64,000 bases of DNA from an uncultured Muribaculaceae bacterium (GCA_904502025.1 CAJGDJ010000005.1:5002-69001); one strand, 5' to 3'. Counted from the first letter of the stretch, positions 20,091 through 30,900 are shown. Translations and numbers: made by a program. Notes: generated from the sequence alone by a model not told the origin.

Positions 20091-21281
20091 TTATCCCTCA
20101 CTGAGTGGCACTTCGATGCGGAAAGTTGTGCCTACTCCGGGTTCAGAGGCAAGTACATAGATTTTGCCTGAGTGGTATTGTTCTATGATACGTTTGGCAA
20201 GTGTCAATCCAAGTCCCCAGCCACGTTTCTTTGTGGTATAGCCGGGATTAAATATTGTTTTGAAATTCTTTCGTGAAAGCCCTTTCCCTGTATCAACCAC
20301 TTCAATATAACCTACTCCTTTGTCGGTTCCGGTGGTTATGGTTATCGAGCCAGAGCCTTCCATGGCGTCAACTGCATTTTTTATGAGGTTCTCCATTACC
20401 CACTCAAATAGCGGAGCAGATGCCATTACCGGGATAAATCCGGCACAGGTGTTTATTGTCAAAGCAATGCGTGAAGATATACGCGATGCCATATACGACG
20501 ATGCATGTATAACTACATCGTTGAGATTTTCGGCATCCATTTGTGGTTTTGAGCCTATTTTTGAAAAACGCGATGCTATGGTGCTTAGTCGTTGCACATC
20601 CTTGTTCATCTCGGCTACCGTATCAGCGTCAACGCCAAGACTTTCCATTAACTCCATCCATGCCATAAGCGACGAAATTGGTGTGCCAAGTTGATGAGCT
20701 GTTTCTTTTGATAACCCCACCCACACCTTGTTTTGCTCGGCTGTTTTGGTTGATGTTACAGCAAAATACACCACAGCGATAAAAGCAAGCATCACAAGTA
20801 GCTGTATGTAAGGATAGTAGCTCAATTGCTTCAACAGAGTGGAATCTTCATAATATAGATATTGATTACTACCCTCGCCTATTTCAATATGAATCACGTT
20901 TGATGAATTGCGAAGGTCTTCGAGTTTGTCGTTTAGATATGTTGCATTTGCTTCCGACAGATACATCGGATTTAATGGATCAATTGGTTCAGGCAACGAG
21001 AAGTTACTATGCGACAAGATATTTCCGGCATCATCGGTCAATAACACTGGGATTGTGTGATTACGATTGATTATACTGAATAGAAAATCTACATCGGTGC
21101 CCGACTGCTGGGTAATCATCTCCTTTGTTGCATCAGCCCATATTTCCATTCGTTCTCGCTCCTGTTGAGAGAGGTCCTTAACTAAATTATTAAAGAAATA
21201 CAAGAATATTGCCACAACAACCACTGCAACCACAAGAAATGCGATTTTACCATATCGGCGTATGTCGTAAATATTAGCCAT
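20091..21281 (-). CDS. Orphan sensor histidine kinase with two TM helices and a periplasmic loop
   Basis: H-box ETAHQLGTPISSL, N-box LIKNAVDAM, and G-boxes DTGKGL and GWGLGLTLAKR. TM segments lie near aa 14-34 and 155-177. The track start is TTG; the first ATG is at 21279-21281. Confidence 0.85.
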   Translation of the reverse strand: MANIYDIRRYGKIAFLVVAVVVVAIFLYFFNNLVKDLSQQERERMEIWADATKEMITQQSGTDVDFLFSIINRNHTIPVLLTDDAGNILSHSNFSLPEPIDPLNPMYLSEANATYLNDKLEDLRNSSNVIHIEIGEGSNQYLYYEDSTLLKQLSYYPYIQLLVMLAFIAVVYFAVTSTKTAEQNKVWVGLSKETAHQLGTPISSLMAWMELMESLGVDADTVAEMNKDVQRLSTIASRFSKIGSKPQMDAENLNDVVIHASSYMASRISSRIALTINTCAGFIPVMASAPLFEWVMENLIKNAVDAMEGSGSITITTGTDKGVGYIEVVDTGKGLSRKNFKTIFNPGYTTKKRGWGLGLTLAKRIIEQYHSGKIYVLASEPGVGTTFRIEVPLSEG

Positions 21282-21320
21282 TAACAATAAAACGAACTAT
21301 ATTGTTGATTATTATAAATG

Positions 21321-21328
21321 CAAATTTA
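21321..21328 (-). promoter_or_regulatory. -7 box TAAATTTG for the histidine kinase
   Basis: TAnnTTTG, 39 nt upstream of ATG 21281. Confidence 0.5.
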
Positions 21329-21349
21329 GGCAAAAGAACCTAAAATTAC

Positions 21350-21357
21350 TAACTTTG
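21350..21357 (+). promoter_or_regulatory. -7 box TAACTTTG for pnuC-TPK
   Basis: TAnnTTTG, 31 nt upstream of ATG 21389. Confidence 0.55.
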
Positions 21358-21388
21358 TCAATTATTATTTCTCCACACCTATATCTGT

Positions 21389-21967
21389 ATGGAATATTTA
21401 GAAATTATAGGCACAATAGTAGGGCTGATATATTTGTGGCTTGAATATAACGCAAGCATACACTTGTGGATAGCGAGTGTTGCGATGCCTATTGTCTATA
21501 CTTTCATCTTTTTTGATGCCGGATTGTATGCCGACATGGGAATACAAATATACTACGTTTTAGCGTCGATTTACGGCTTTGTTTGCTGGAAATGGGCAAT
21601 TGGCAGCAAAGACAAGGAAAACTCGGCAAAAAAACTGAAAATAGACCACACTCCACGTCATCTAATAACTCCTCTGAGCTTAGTTTCTGTTGCTCTCACA
21701 TTTGCCATAGCATATATTCTTATTGCTTTTACCGATAGCAATGTGCCTTGGTGGGATAGCATAACCACCTCGCTTAGCTTTGTGGCGATGTGGCTGATGG
21801 CTCGCAAATATATCGAGCAATGGTGGGTGTGGATTGTTGTCGATGTAATAAGCTCCGGACTTTATATCTATAAAGAACTATATTTCACTGCCGGCTTATA
21901 TACTCTTTATGCCTTAATCGCTTATTTTGGTTATAAAAAATGGAAAGAACTAATGCTGACACAATGA
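21389..21967 (+). CDS. pnuC: PnuC-family vitamin transporter (likely thiamine-type PnuT given its TPK partner)
   Basis: 192-aa polytopic protein with a W-rich PnuC-like C-terminal half (ARKYIEQWWVWIVVD...). Confidence 0.8.
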   Translation: MEYLEIIGTIVGLIYLWLEYNASIHLWIASVAMPIVYTFIFFDAGLYADMGIQIYYVLASIYGFVCWKWAIGSKDKENSAKKLKIDHTPRHLITPLSLVSVALTFAIAYILIAFTDSNVPWWDSITTSLSFVAMWLMARKYIEQWWVWIVVDVISSGLYIYKELYFTAGLYTLYALIAYFGYKKWKELMLTQ

Positions 21968-22593
21968 CAAGCTATGATTTTATGCCCGAAGCAATAGTTG
22001 TAGGTGGTGGCGACTTCCCCTCTCACCAAGTGCCATTGAAATTGCTCCACAGCACTTCAATGGTGGTGTGTTGCGATGGTGCTGCCGATGAATATATCGC
22101 ACTTGGACATACACCTTGGCGTATCGTTGGCGACGGTGATTCCTTGAGCGATGAAGCAAAAACAAAATATAGCGACATTATTCGCATCAATCCCAACCAA
22201 GAAACCAATGACCAAACAAAAGCCGTTGAATATCTTGCTCACAAAGGGATAACCGATATTGCAATCATAGCTGCAACCGGACGTCGCGAAGACCACACTC
22301 TCGGCAACATCAGTTTGCTCATCGAATATCTTCACATGGGATTAAATGTAAGAATCTACACCGACTATGGCGTGATGATTGCATGTCATGGCAACCAATC
22401 GTTTTCATGTCGCAAAGGCACTGCTGTGTCAATTTTCGGATTTGGGACAAAAGGAATGACAGGCATAGGGCTTGCCTACCCCATACGCGATTTCACATCA
22501 TGGTGGCAAGGAACGCTCAATAAAACCACCCAAGAGATGTTTCACATCACTTGCGAAGGAGATTATATCGTATATATTGATTATAACCGATAG
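21964..22593 (+). CDS. Thiamine diphosphokinase
   Basis: VVCCDGAADEY and IVGDGDSLS motifs. ATG 21964-21966 overlaps the pnuC TGA 21965-21967 (ATGA coupling). Confidence 0.8.
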   Translation: MTSYDFMPEAIVVGGGDFPSHQVPLKLLHSTSMVVCCDGAADEYIALGHTPWRIVGDGDSLSDEAKTKYSDIIRINPNQETNDQTKAVEYLAHKGITDIAIIAATGRREDHTLGNISLLIEYLHMGLNVRIYTDYGVMIACHGNQSFSCRKGTAVSIFGFGTKGMTGIGLAYPIRDFTSWWQGTLNKTTQEMFHITCEGDYIVYIDYNR

Positions 22594-22612
22594 CGTTTAT
22601 CGACGATAACGA

Positions 22613-23458
22613 TTAATAATCAGTCTTCATAAAGTCTTGTTCAATGAAGCGAGCTACGGCATCGGTGGTGTTGGCACCGATGATTTTGTGGGCTATGGAT
22701 TTTACCTCTGGACGAGCATTTTCAACTGCAACAGCCACATCGGCAACTTGCATCATTGGAATATCATTGAGATTGTCGCCAAACACCACCACTCTATCAG
22801 CCCCTACTTCGCCGGCAAGTTGTCGCACTGCCGCAGCTTTCGACACTCCCGGGGCAAACAATTCAAGTAGCCCTATATTCTCATCAAAAATATCAATATA
22901 GCACGACACCGAACAATCTACCGTAACACGCAAATCGTCGGCAAGGGCAAATATATTCTCTCTATCGCCCATCGCAAAAAAGAATACCACTCCGGGAAGA
23001 TATGGCAATAGCCCATGAGGAGCATCGATATTGAAATTCTTTAACCCAAGATTCAATCTCCCATCTACAAACGCACGCTCCTCGGCTATCATCGCTCCAT
23101 TGTGATATACTTGCATCGACTTCCCATCGGGCAATGTGTAACGAAACGGATTAACCCCATATTTCCCACACTTTGCCATTAGTTGACGATATGTATCTTC
23201 GGCAAGATAGCACACATTGCGATAGCTCTTAGTATCGCGACACCACATAGCTGCACCGGTCATTACAATTGCAGGCAACGATGTCTCGGCTTCGGTTAGA
23301 ATCATTTCTACCGTAGCCGGTGTGCGAGCCGTAGCAACAGTTATATTCGCTCCTCGGCATGTTAAATCAGTAATAATGCGAGCCGAGGTTTCACTCAACT
23401 TACTATCGGCACCCAACAACGTGCCGTCCATATCGGTAATGTAAAGTGTCTTCGCCAT
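22613..23458 (-). CDS. Cof-type HAD-IIB family hydrolase
   Basis: Motif I ITDMDGTL and motif IV GDNLNDIPM. Start set at ATG 23456-23458; the upstream TTG extension contains the -7 box. Confidence 0.82.
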   Translation of the reverse strand: MAKTLYITDMDGTLLGADSKLSETSARIITDLTCRGANITVATARTPATVEMILTEAETSLPAIVMTGAAMWCRDTKSYRNVCYLAEDTYRQLMAKCGKYGVNPFRYTLPDGKSMQVYHNGAMIAEERAFVDGRLNLGLKNFNIDAPHGLLPYLPGVVFFFAMGDRENIFALADDLRVTVDCSVSCYIDIFDENIGLLELFAPGVSKAAAVRQLAGEVGADRVVVFGDNLNDIPMMQVADVAVAVENARPEVKSIAHKIIGANTTDAVARFIEQDFMKTDY

Positions 23459-23468
23459 AATTTGGGTG

Positions 23469-23476
23469 CAAAGATA
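23469..23476 (-). promoter_or_regulatory. -7 box TATCTTTG for the HAD hydrolase
   Basis: TAnnTTTG, 10 nt upstream of ATG 23458. Confidence 0.45.
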
Positions 23477-23482
23477 CAAAAA

Positions 23483-23830
23483 TTATTGGTGTCTGATAAA
23501 AATAGGAAGGAGTCTCTATCAATGAATTTATGCGGTTAAGAGTTCTTGTGTAAATTACAAGCCCCATATAGTGAAGAACAATGGCATTCCCGAAGGTAAT
23601 GCTTAGTATGTAGCCGTGCATAGGCTCTTCGAGCCTATGCACGGAATGGGATTTGTATTGAATAGAATCTGGAAGATTCGTTATTTGAAATCATTAAGGT
23701 TTCTTGCAGAAACTAATTCTTGCTTATACATTACCGGGCTTATCCACTACGTGGCTAAACCCGGCTACGAATAATCAACCCCTTTGGGGTTGCCTTTGCT
23801 CTTGAAAAAATTTTATCGGGCTCCATTAAC
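23483..23830. repeat. Two diverged, tail-to-tail copies of the same REP-like family
   Basis: The left end ATTATTGGTGTCTGATAAA and GGCATTCCCGAAGGTAATGC..GTAGCCG match the reverse complement of copy B and its flank. The right end (23730-23830) carries CCCGGCTACG and TTGAAAAAATTTTATCGGGC in the opposite orientation. There is a 13-bp perfect hairpin with a TTC loop at 23615-23643. Confidence 0.6.
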
Positions 23831-23866
23831 AAAAAATAAGCACGACTCCGAAGAATCGTGCTTATT
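23829..23866 (-). terminator. Terminator after the SusF-like gene
   Basis: Stem AATAAGCACGA/TCGTGCTTATT followed by TTTTTTG on the minus strand. Confidence 0.75.
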
Positions 23867-23891
23867 GAGTTTATGCTATACTTGTTCGAAA

Positions 23892-25238
23892 TTATTCGAG
23901 GTAGCAAGCGTAAGGAACAACTGAAAGGTCGAGAGTGATTGTGTAAGTACCTGCAGCAGGAGCTTTGAGGTTAGCTCCACCAGGAACGAGTGTGTATTCA
24001 TCGTCTCCACCAAGGTTGATCGCCCAATCGTTGTTGCAACGGAACTTGTATTCATCTCCATCATTAAGAGTGATTGTACCGGTCCAGAAGATACCATCTT
24101 CTGAAGTAAGAGCCAATGATTCTGACCAACCATTGAAAGAACCGATAACACCGATAGTTTCAATCTTAGTCGCTTTCCAAGTCAATGCAGCGATATTAAC
24201 GTCACACCAATATAGACCACTTTCTGCGACTGTGAGGTCTTTAGCACCGCCATTGGTTGATAGTTTGCCTTCTTCACCACCGTCACCATAGTTGATGTGA
24301 TTCCAGTCAGCAGCTGAAGTAAATTTGAAACCACCTGTTGAAAGGTTAGCGAAACCGTAGTAGTTAGCGTAGTCAGTAGTTGACAACATCATTGATCCTC
24401 CGTGATTCCAACCGTTAGCATCACCAGGAGTCCAAAGGTTATCGAATGCAGGAGCAAATGAGTAAGTTAATGTTTCCATATTAACTGAAAGCACCCATGG
24501 ACCGAGAGTTGACATTGTTGCAAAACCTTCGCCTTCAGCCAATGTACCAACTAATTCGTCGGTTTCACTTGCTACAGGAGCATAAGCAAATTTCACTCCC
24601 TTGATAGCCCACTCGATAGGAGCCTCAATGTCAAGTTTTAATGAAAATACAGGGTTGTCATATTGGTCTCCTGAATGATTCAATGCAATAGTTTCACCAC
24701 CTTTTATAACGATGCTGTATGATTCTTCAATTTCATGAGCAGCAGGGAATGGTGTAACTGATACTTTGTGAGCTCCATAGTAAAGGTTAGGATTACCTAC
24801 ACGCACCGATGATGTTCCGTTTACCACGTATGCAGCAAAACGCACGTATGCATCTTGAGTTTTTGGATTTTTACCAAGCACTTTAAGGTGAGCAGCTTGC
24901 CAATCAGCAGGAGCAACACACACTTGATTATTAACAATCTCTGTTGCAACATCTTGAGCACCGGCAAAGTCTTCGTTTCCTGCCAATTGCATCACAAATG
25001 TCAATTCTCCTGCAGCAGGAAGATTTTGTGCTTGAACAACATTAAGTACCACAGCATTTGCTCCGGCATTTTCAAGTGCATTCAAGTCAAAAGTTGGATT
25101 CCCGACTGAAACTGTAATGCCTTCAGCCGACATAATTGGCTCTTGAGGGTTGCTTTGAGGTTGTGCTGGTTCATAATCCTCACACGCAGTGAAACCAAGC
25201 GCAAGAGCCGCCAATAACATTATGCTAAATTTTTTCAT
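23892..25238 (-). CDS. SusF/SusE-family outer-membrane glycan-binding lipoprotein
   Basis: Lipobox LGFTAC. Repeated CBM-like units such as GSFNGW...W..T..L..GDEYKFRCNNDWAINLGG. Fourth gene of the susC-D-E-F order. Confidence 0.7.
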   Translation of the reverse strand: MKKFSIMLLAALALGFTACEDYEPAQPQSNPQEPIMSAEGITVSVGNPTFDLNALENAGANAVVLNVVQAQNLPAAGELTFVMQLAGNEDFAGAQDVATEIVNNQVCVAPADWQAAHLKVLGKNPKTQDAYVRFAAYVVNGTSSVRVGNPNLYYGAHKVSVTPFPAAHEIEESYSIVIKGGETIALNHSGDQYDNPVFSLKLDIEAPIEWAIKGVKFAYAPVASETDELVGTLAEGEGFATMSTLGPWVLSVNMETLTYSFAPAFDNLWTPGDANGWNHGGSMMLSTTDYANYYGFANLSTGGFKFTSAADWNHINYGDGGEEGKLSTNGGAKDLTVAESGLYWCDVNIAALTWKATKIETIGVIGSFNGWSESLALTSEDGIFWTGTITLNDGDEYKFRCNNDWAINLGGDDEYTLVPGGANLKAPAAGTYTITLDLSVVPYACYLE

Positions 25239-25350
25239 ATTGTTTATTTCTCTTGATTTTTAACTTCTCGGAGTGTTGAGTGGATAGTGGTGCTACCCAC
25301 TCAATCCCGACAAATTATTGATTAATCATTTTTTATGAAATTAAATGTGA

Positions 25351-26223
25351 TTATTGTGCTACTTTTTCAAGAAGTACTGAATTCACATTCAAGTCAACAG
25401 TAATCTTCATTGGTGAGCCATCCCAGTTGTCAACTTGGATTGAACCCTTACCTGGAGCAACAAGAACTCCACTATACTTACCAGATGACATATCTACAGT
25501 AATAGGGTTATCATCAACTTGAGTACCTACAGATGCTCCACCATCCCAACCGGTCAATTCGGTATAGAAACGGAATGTGAGACCACCGGCTGGCATGTTG
25601 AATGTAGCAGAATAGATTTTACTACCGATAGCATCATCAGCTTCAAACAAACGCCATTCAGCCAATGCACCTGCATTACCGGCATCTGGGCCAGTCCAAC
25701 CACCAACACTACCAATCAAATAGATAAATCCTGGAGATTGAATAGCACAATATTCTTTCACTTGGTTTAATTTAACTACATTAGAAAGAATTTCGCTACT
25801 TTCTATACCTTTGATATAAGCACGCACACGGAAATAAACGGTACGAGCAGGCTCATCGGTATATTCTTCTTCACTTGTGATACCGCGAAGTTTACAAATC
25901 GCTTCAGCGATTCCTTTTGCAGATACTTGAGCATTACATAGTTTATGCTCTGCTGAAAGTTCTACAGAAGTAGAATCGGTGAAGTTTTCAATTAGAGAGA
26001 CTTGCACTTTGTATAGAGGTGTCGCTGCATATCCATAGTTTGGTTGCGACCAAGTGAAATCTATAGTACCATCTTCAGTGAGTTCATAATACTGATTAGC
26101 AAGAGCAGGAGTATTGAGAACAAACTCTGTTGGGTCATTATATTTAGGATCGGTATCCGCCTCACAACTTGTGAACGATAGAACGGCTACCAAGCATGCA
26201 AAAAGAATTGATATTTTTTTCAT
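25351..26223 (-). CDS. SusE-like outer-membrane lipoprotein
   Basis: Lipobox LSFTSC, an N-terminal SusE-type region (FVLNTP...FTWSQPNYGY) and a C-terminal W-rich CBM-like domain. Located downstream of the susD-like gene. Confidence 0.7.
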   Translation of the reverse strand: MKKISILFACLVAVLSFTSCEADTDPKYNDPTEFVLNTPALANQYYELTEDGTIDFTWSQPNYGYAATPLYKVQVSLIENFTDSTSVELSAEHKLCNAQVSAKGIAEAICKLRGITSEEEYTDEPARTVYFRVRAYIKGIESSEILSNVVKLNQVKEYCAIQSPGFIYLIGSVGGWTGPDAGNAGALAEWRLFEADDAIGSKIYSATFNMPAGGLTFRFYTELTGWDGGASVGTQVDDNPITVDMSSGKYSGVLVAPGKGSIQVDNWDGSPMKITVDLNVNSVLLEKVAQ

Positions 26224-26262
26224 TTTACTTTACTCTTGTTAAGATTCAACATTGAGTTTTGA

Positions 26263-27933
26263 TTAGTAGCCGGGGTTTTGTTCGTAACCTTGGAAACTGA
26301 TAACTGTAGAAGGAATTGGGAAGAGATTCATGTGAATAGGAGTAGCTGTACCACCTTTTGCCACATTACCTTTCCAGTTCCAGTTATAGTTACCACCGGC
26401 ATATTTGTTATGACGCACTAAGTCGGTGCGACGGCAGTTTTCGCCATAAAGCTCACGGCTACGTTCATTAAGAATATTTTCGGGAGTGAGCTGAGCCACT
26501 GTCCAAGGTTCAATCCAAGAACGTTCACGAACATAGTTTATATATTCAAGAGCTGCATTGCGATCACCCACGCCACCAAGCACTGCTGCTTCGGCTGCAC
26601 TCAAGTAAATTTCAGCAAGACGGATAACACACCAGTCAGCATCGGCAAACGCATTTGATGCAGGAGGATTCTTTGATTCATCAACACCACCAAACTCATC
26701 GTAAGCATAGTTGGTATATTTTACCGGCACGTAACCATCGGCAAAGTTAGTGATGTCGGCATTTTCGATTTTTGCACCATCTTTCTTAGTCATCCAAAGA
26801 GAAGCACGAGCATCGATTGAGTTACCTGCATCGTCCCAGTCAAAGCGTTCAGAGAGTTGTTGACGAGCATTCATACAAGTCCAAGAAGCGTTCAATCCGG
26901 TTGTGGCATTAGTCATGTTAAGACCTGGAGTTGAAGTTGAAGAACCTGCTGCGATGTAGAATGTAGTACCACCATAGTTTTGAAGTTTCAAACCATCTTG
27001 AGGAATACCCCAAATGATTTCATTCACGCGTGAACCTTGCGACATATATTCATCATTGTTTGCTCCAAAGAGGGCAATGTATGAGTCAGCAAGACCTGAG
27101 CCATTGAAACCTTCACCTTGGTGATGTTTGATGATTTTATCGCAGATAGCCCAACATTTGTCGTATGCAGGAGTTCCTGTAAACACACCTGCATTAAGAT
27201 AGAACTTAGCGAGAAGTGCATCACAAGCTTCTTTTCCTACGAAACCATAAGATGGTTCTTTATATGTGTCGCCCCATTCAGCCGATACGGCTTCAAGACC
27301 GGCAACAACCTTATTGTAAAGCTCAGCACGTTTCATTTGTGCAGGAGCAGTACCGGCAGGCATTGTTTCATCTTGATAACCTGCGTTACCAAACATGTCG
27401 ATTGCATAGAAGTAGCAAAGACCACGAAGCACTTTCACTTGACGTTTGTATTCTTGAGCTACAGGCAACAAGTTTTCAGTGAGATAGAAGTTTCCATTCT
27501 CAACTGTGCGGATAAATTCGTTGCAAAGAGCGATACAAGTGTAAATACGAGAGTATGTAGTGTACATCACACCATTATCAGCAGCAAATTGCATAGTTGC
27601 AAGTTCATATTGACCGGCGTCGCCAAATTGTTTCCATGCAAATTCATCGGTTGTCAATTCGTTACAAACGAATACGGCACGAGTAAACGAATTAGCACCG
27701 GCATCACCACCCGAAATGATAGAGCTACCGGGACCATTGTAACCCGAAGTTGCAAGAGATTGGTAACATTCGGTCAAAACACGATCCATATATCCCTTTG
27801 GGTCGTTCTTAAATTCTTCAGGGGTCAAATCGCTATAGTCAATTACCGGATTATTGAGGTCATCAACGCAAGAGGTCAAGCCAAGCGATGCAACCAATCC
27901 CAAAGCAATGAAAAATTTATTTATTGATTTCAT
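26263..27933 (-). CDS. SusD/RagB-family nutrient-binding lipoprotein
   Basis: Lipobox LGLTSC. 556 aa with a TPR-like SusD architecture, immediately downstream of the SusC-like gene. Confidence 0.88.
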   Translation of the reverse strand: MKSINKFFIALGLVASLGLTSCVDDLNNPVIDYSDLTPEEFKNDPKGYMDRVLTECYQSLATSGYNGPGSSIISGGDAGANSFTRAVFVCNELTTDEFAWKQFGDAGQYELATMQFAADNGVMYTTYSRIYTCIALCNEFIRTVENGNFYLTENLLPVAQEYKRQVKVLRGLCYFYAIDMFGNAGYQDETMPAGTAPAQMKRAELYNKVVAGLEAVSAEWGDTYKEPSYGFVGKEACDALLAKFYLNAGVFTGTPAYDKCWAICDKIIKHHQGEGFNGSGLADSYIALFGANNDEYMSQGSRVNEIIWGIPQDGLKLQNYGGTTFYIAAGSSTSTPGLNMTNATTGLNASWTCMNARQQLSERFDWDDAGNSIDARASLWMTKKDGAKIENADITNFADGYVPVKYTNYAYDEFGGVDESKNPPASNAFADADWCVIRLAEIYLSAAEAAVLGGVGDRNAALEYINYVRERSWIEPWTVAQLTPENILNERSRELYGENCRRTDLVRHNKYAGGNYNWNWKGNVAKGGTATPIHMNLFPIPSTVISFQGYEQNPGY

Positions 27934-27961
27934 AATTTATCTTCTTTACTTTAATTAGAGA

Positions 27962-30900
27962 TTAGAAAGTCGCAACCAAACCGAGAGTAGCAGTAATAGG
28001 ACGTGGATAAACATTGTTATCGATACCTGAGAATACTTCGGGGTCAAGACCTTTATAATTAGTAATTACGAATGGATTTTGAACTGCACCATACAAACGC
28101 AATTTGAGTTTGTCGTTAAACAAGTCAGTCCAAGTATAACCAAGTGTGATGTTATCGCAACGAACAAAGCTTGCATCTTCAAGGAAGTAGTCGCTACGCA
28201 CAAGGTTTGAGTTAGCACTTGCATCATTGAAATAGAAGTCGGTTTTCACAAGGTTGTTAAGACCATAGCGGTCAACAGTTGTGAGGTTTGATTTTGATGC
28301 AAGAACTGAGTTAAACACATAGTTGCCAAAGTTTGCACGGAGTTGGATTCCGAGGTCCCAATTTTTATAGTTAAATGTGTTATTCCAAGCAGCTGTGATT
28401 TTTGGATCACGAGAATGACGAATCACAAGGTCGTTATCATTAATTTCACCATCTTGGTTTTGGTCAACATATTGGTTTGGTAATGGGTTGCCATCTTGAT
28501 CATAAACTTGCTCTAACAACATGAAAGAGTATGCCGGATAACCTGCTTTGTGAACTTGAAGAGCACCTGCATTTTCTGAAGCAGGGTTACCTGCAGCTTG
28601 GAGATAGTAAGATTGATCTTCTTCATTAGAACCTGTCAACTTAGTCAACTCATTTTTGTTCCAAGCCACGTTAATACCTGTGCTCCAAGTGAAGTTTTTA
28701 GTTACAACCGGTTTTGCACCAATGTTAGCTTCAACACCAATATTGCAAAGCTCACCAATGTTGCGATCCATGAAGTTGGTAGTAGTCATACCGGCAGGAA
28801 CAGGCACGTAAGCAAGCAAGTCTTTAGTATCACGCATATAAGCTTCAATGCTTGCAGTGATGCGGTTATTCAACCATGCCATGTCGATACCCACGTTATA
28901 TGTTGTGGTTTCTTCCCATTTGAGGTCTTCTTGATAAGCTTTTGGATAAAGCGGACGAACCCATTGTTGGTCCTTTCCATCAGGAGATGGATAGTCACTC
29001 ACACCCGATGAAGTAGATTGAGCATATACAGGAAGATATGCATAATATCCACCTACAGCTTGTTGACCTGTAACACCCCAACCAAGGCGGAGCTTCAACT
29101 CATTCATTTTGTTCTTAGCCGATTCGAAGAAGCCCATTTCTGAGATTTTCCAACCAAGAGCTACTGATGGAAACAAGCCCCAACGTGTGTCGGGAGAGAA
29201 ACGTGAAGTTCCGTCGTTACGTAAGTTTACTGTCAAAAGATAAGTGTTATCAAATGTATAGTTCAAACGTCCGAAGAATGAAACAAGATTTAATTGACCT
29301 CTCCAAGGCAATGGCAACTCTTGATCTTCGTAAGTGTGTCCTACACGGAATGCCGAAGCAGGATTTACTTCTAAGTCATAAAGACCGGTAACAGGATCAT
29401 AAAAATTTGCCCATTCAAAGTTGCGATAACCAACAGAATTCATGAGCGTTTTGTTTGATCCATTGTAGTCAAATTGTTGCCATGAATAACCCACCATCAC
29501 GTCAAGATTTGACTTGATAGCTTCAAACTCTTTCTTATAGTTAGCATAGAAGTCAAGAAGCATGTTGTGTTGCACTTCATTATGATAGTAGATTGTACCT
29601 GCACCATCAGAATAGTTGCCACGCCATGCCATAGGTGAGTTTTGAGCAGTTGTGCTAACTGTTTTGTTCTTTGACACGTCATAACCGAGGTTCAAGTTAA
29701 GATGAAGCTCAGGAAGGAAGTGAAGAGCATAATCAATTTGAAGATTACCTGTTGAACGCAACACCTCTGCTGTGTTGTTAACGCATTCAAGCATTGCAAG
29801 AGGGTTGTTTGGAGAGTTGTCAAGAGGCTTACCTGAAGCATCGGTCAATGTAGTATAACCACCATATATTTTGGTTTTACCATAATCGGCCATGTTATAA
29901 TCAGTATAAACAGGGAGAGTTGGGTTGTAAGTAAGAGCAGCACCAACAGCTCCTTGGTCAGCCATTCGGTTTTTAATATAAGTACCATCGGCTTTTGCTT
30001 GAATAGAAAGCAAACCATTGAAGAATTTAGGAGTCAAATTGAAACCAACAGTTGTGCGGTCCATGCGTGAAGTTTCAAGAATACCATTGTTATTGGTATA
30101 TGAAGCAGAAACGCGATAAGGAAGGAAGCCTACTTGACCACCTACGCTTAAGCTATAGTCGTGAGACACTGTTGTGCGAAGCACTTCATCTTGCCAGTTA
30201 GTGTTAGCTGTTCCAAGTTGTGAAATTGCTGATTCAGTAGCAATTTGGTTCATAACCACATCACGGAATTCATCACCACTCATCACATCCCAAGTTTTGC
30301 GAGCTGTGTTAACGTGCATATTGGCAGTGAAGTTGATTTGAGGTTTACCACTCTTACCTTTTTTGGTAGTGATGATAATCACACCATTTGACGCACGAGA
30401 ACCATAAATAGCAGTTGCCGAAGCATCTTTCAAAATGGTCATAGACTCGATATTTTCGGGAGATACCATAGTCAATGGATTAGTACCACCATAACCTTGG
30501 TCGCTCAAGGGCACACCATCAAGCACGATTAATGGGTCGTTACTTGCACTCAAAGATGCACCACCACGAATACGAATAGTTGCACCACCTGTTGGATTAC
30601 CACCATCGGTTGTAACAACCACACCGGGAGAAGCACCCACAAGCATGTCTTGAGCCGAAGTAGAGATACCTGCCTCAATTTCATCGGGTTTAATCACTGC
30701 TACAGAACCGGTAGCGTCACTTTTCTTAACGGCACCATAACCAATGGCTACGACTTCGCCAAGCACTACACTGTTCTCTTGTAGAACTACATTAATTGTG
30801 GTTTGACCATTAACGGGAACTTCTTGAGTGTGATAACCCACATACGAAATCACAAGTGTCGCATTGGGATTCACTTGAAGCGTAAAATTACCGTCAAAGT

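Noticed and set aside
21288-21388. TPP riboswitch upstream of pnuC-TPK
   Set aside because: The spacer is too short (100 nt, shared with the divergent kinase promoter) and lacks the CUGAGA and GGAUAAUGCC-type core. It is reported as a finding rather than a feature.
27118-27927. 269-aa plus-strand ORF (and 27216-27482) inside the SusD-like gene
   Set aside because: It is antisense to a well-supported SusD-family gene. It has a Cys/Ile/Phe-rich, low-complexity composition typical of shadow ORFs, and no promoter box or motif.
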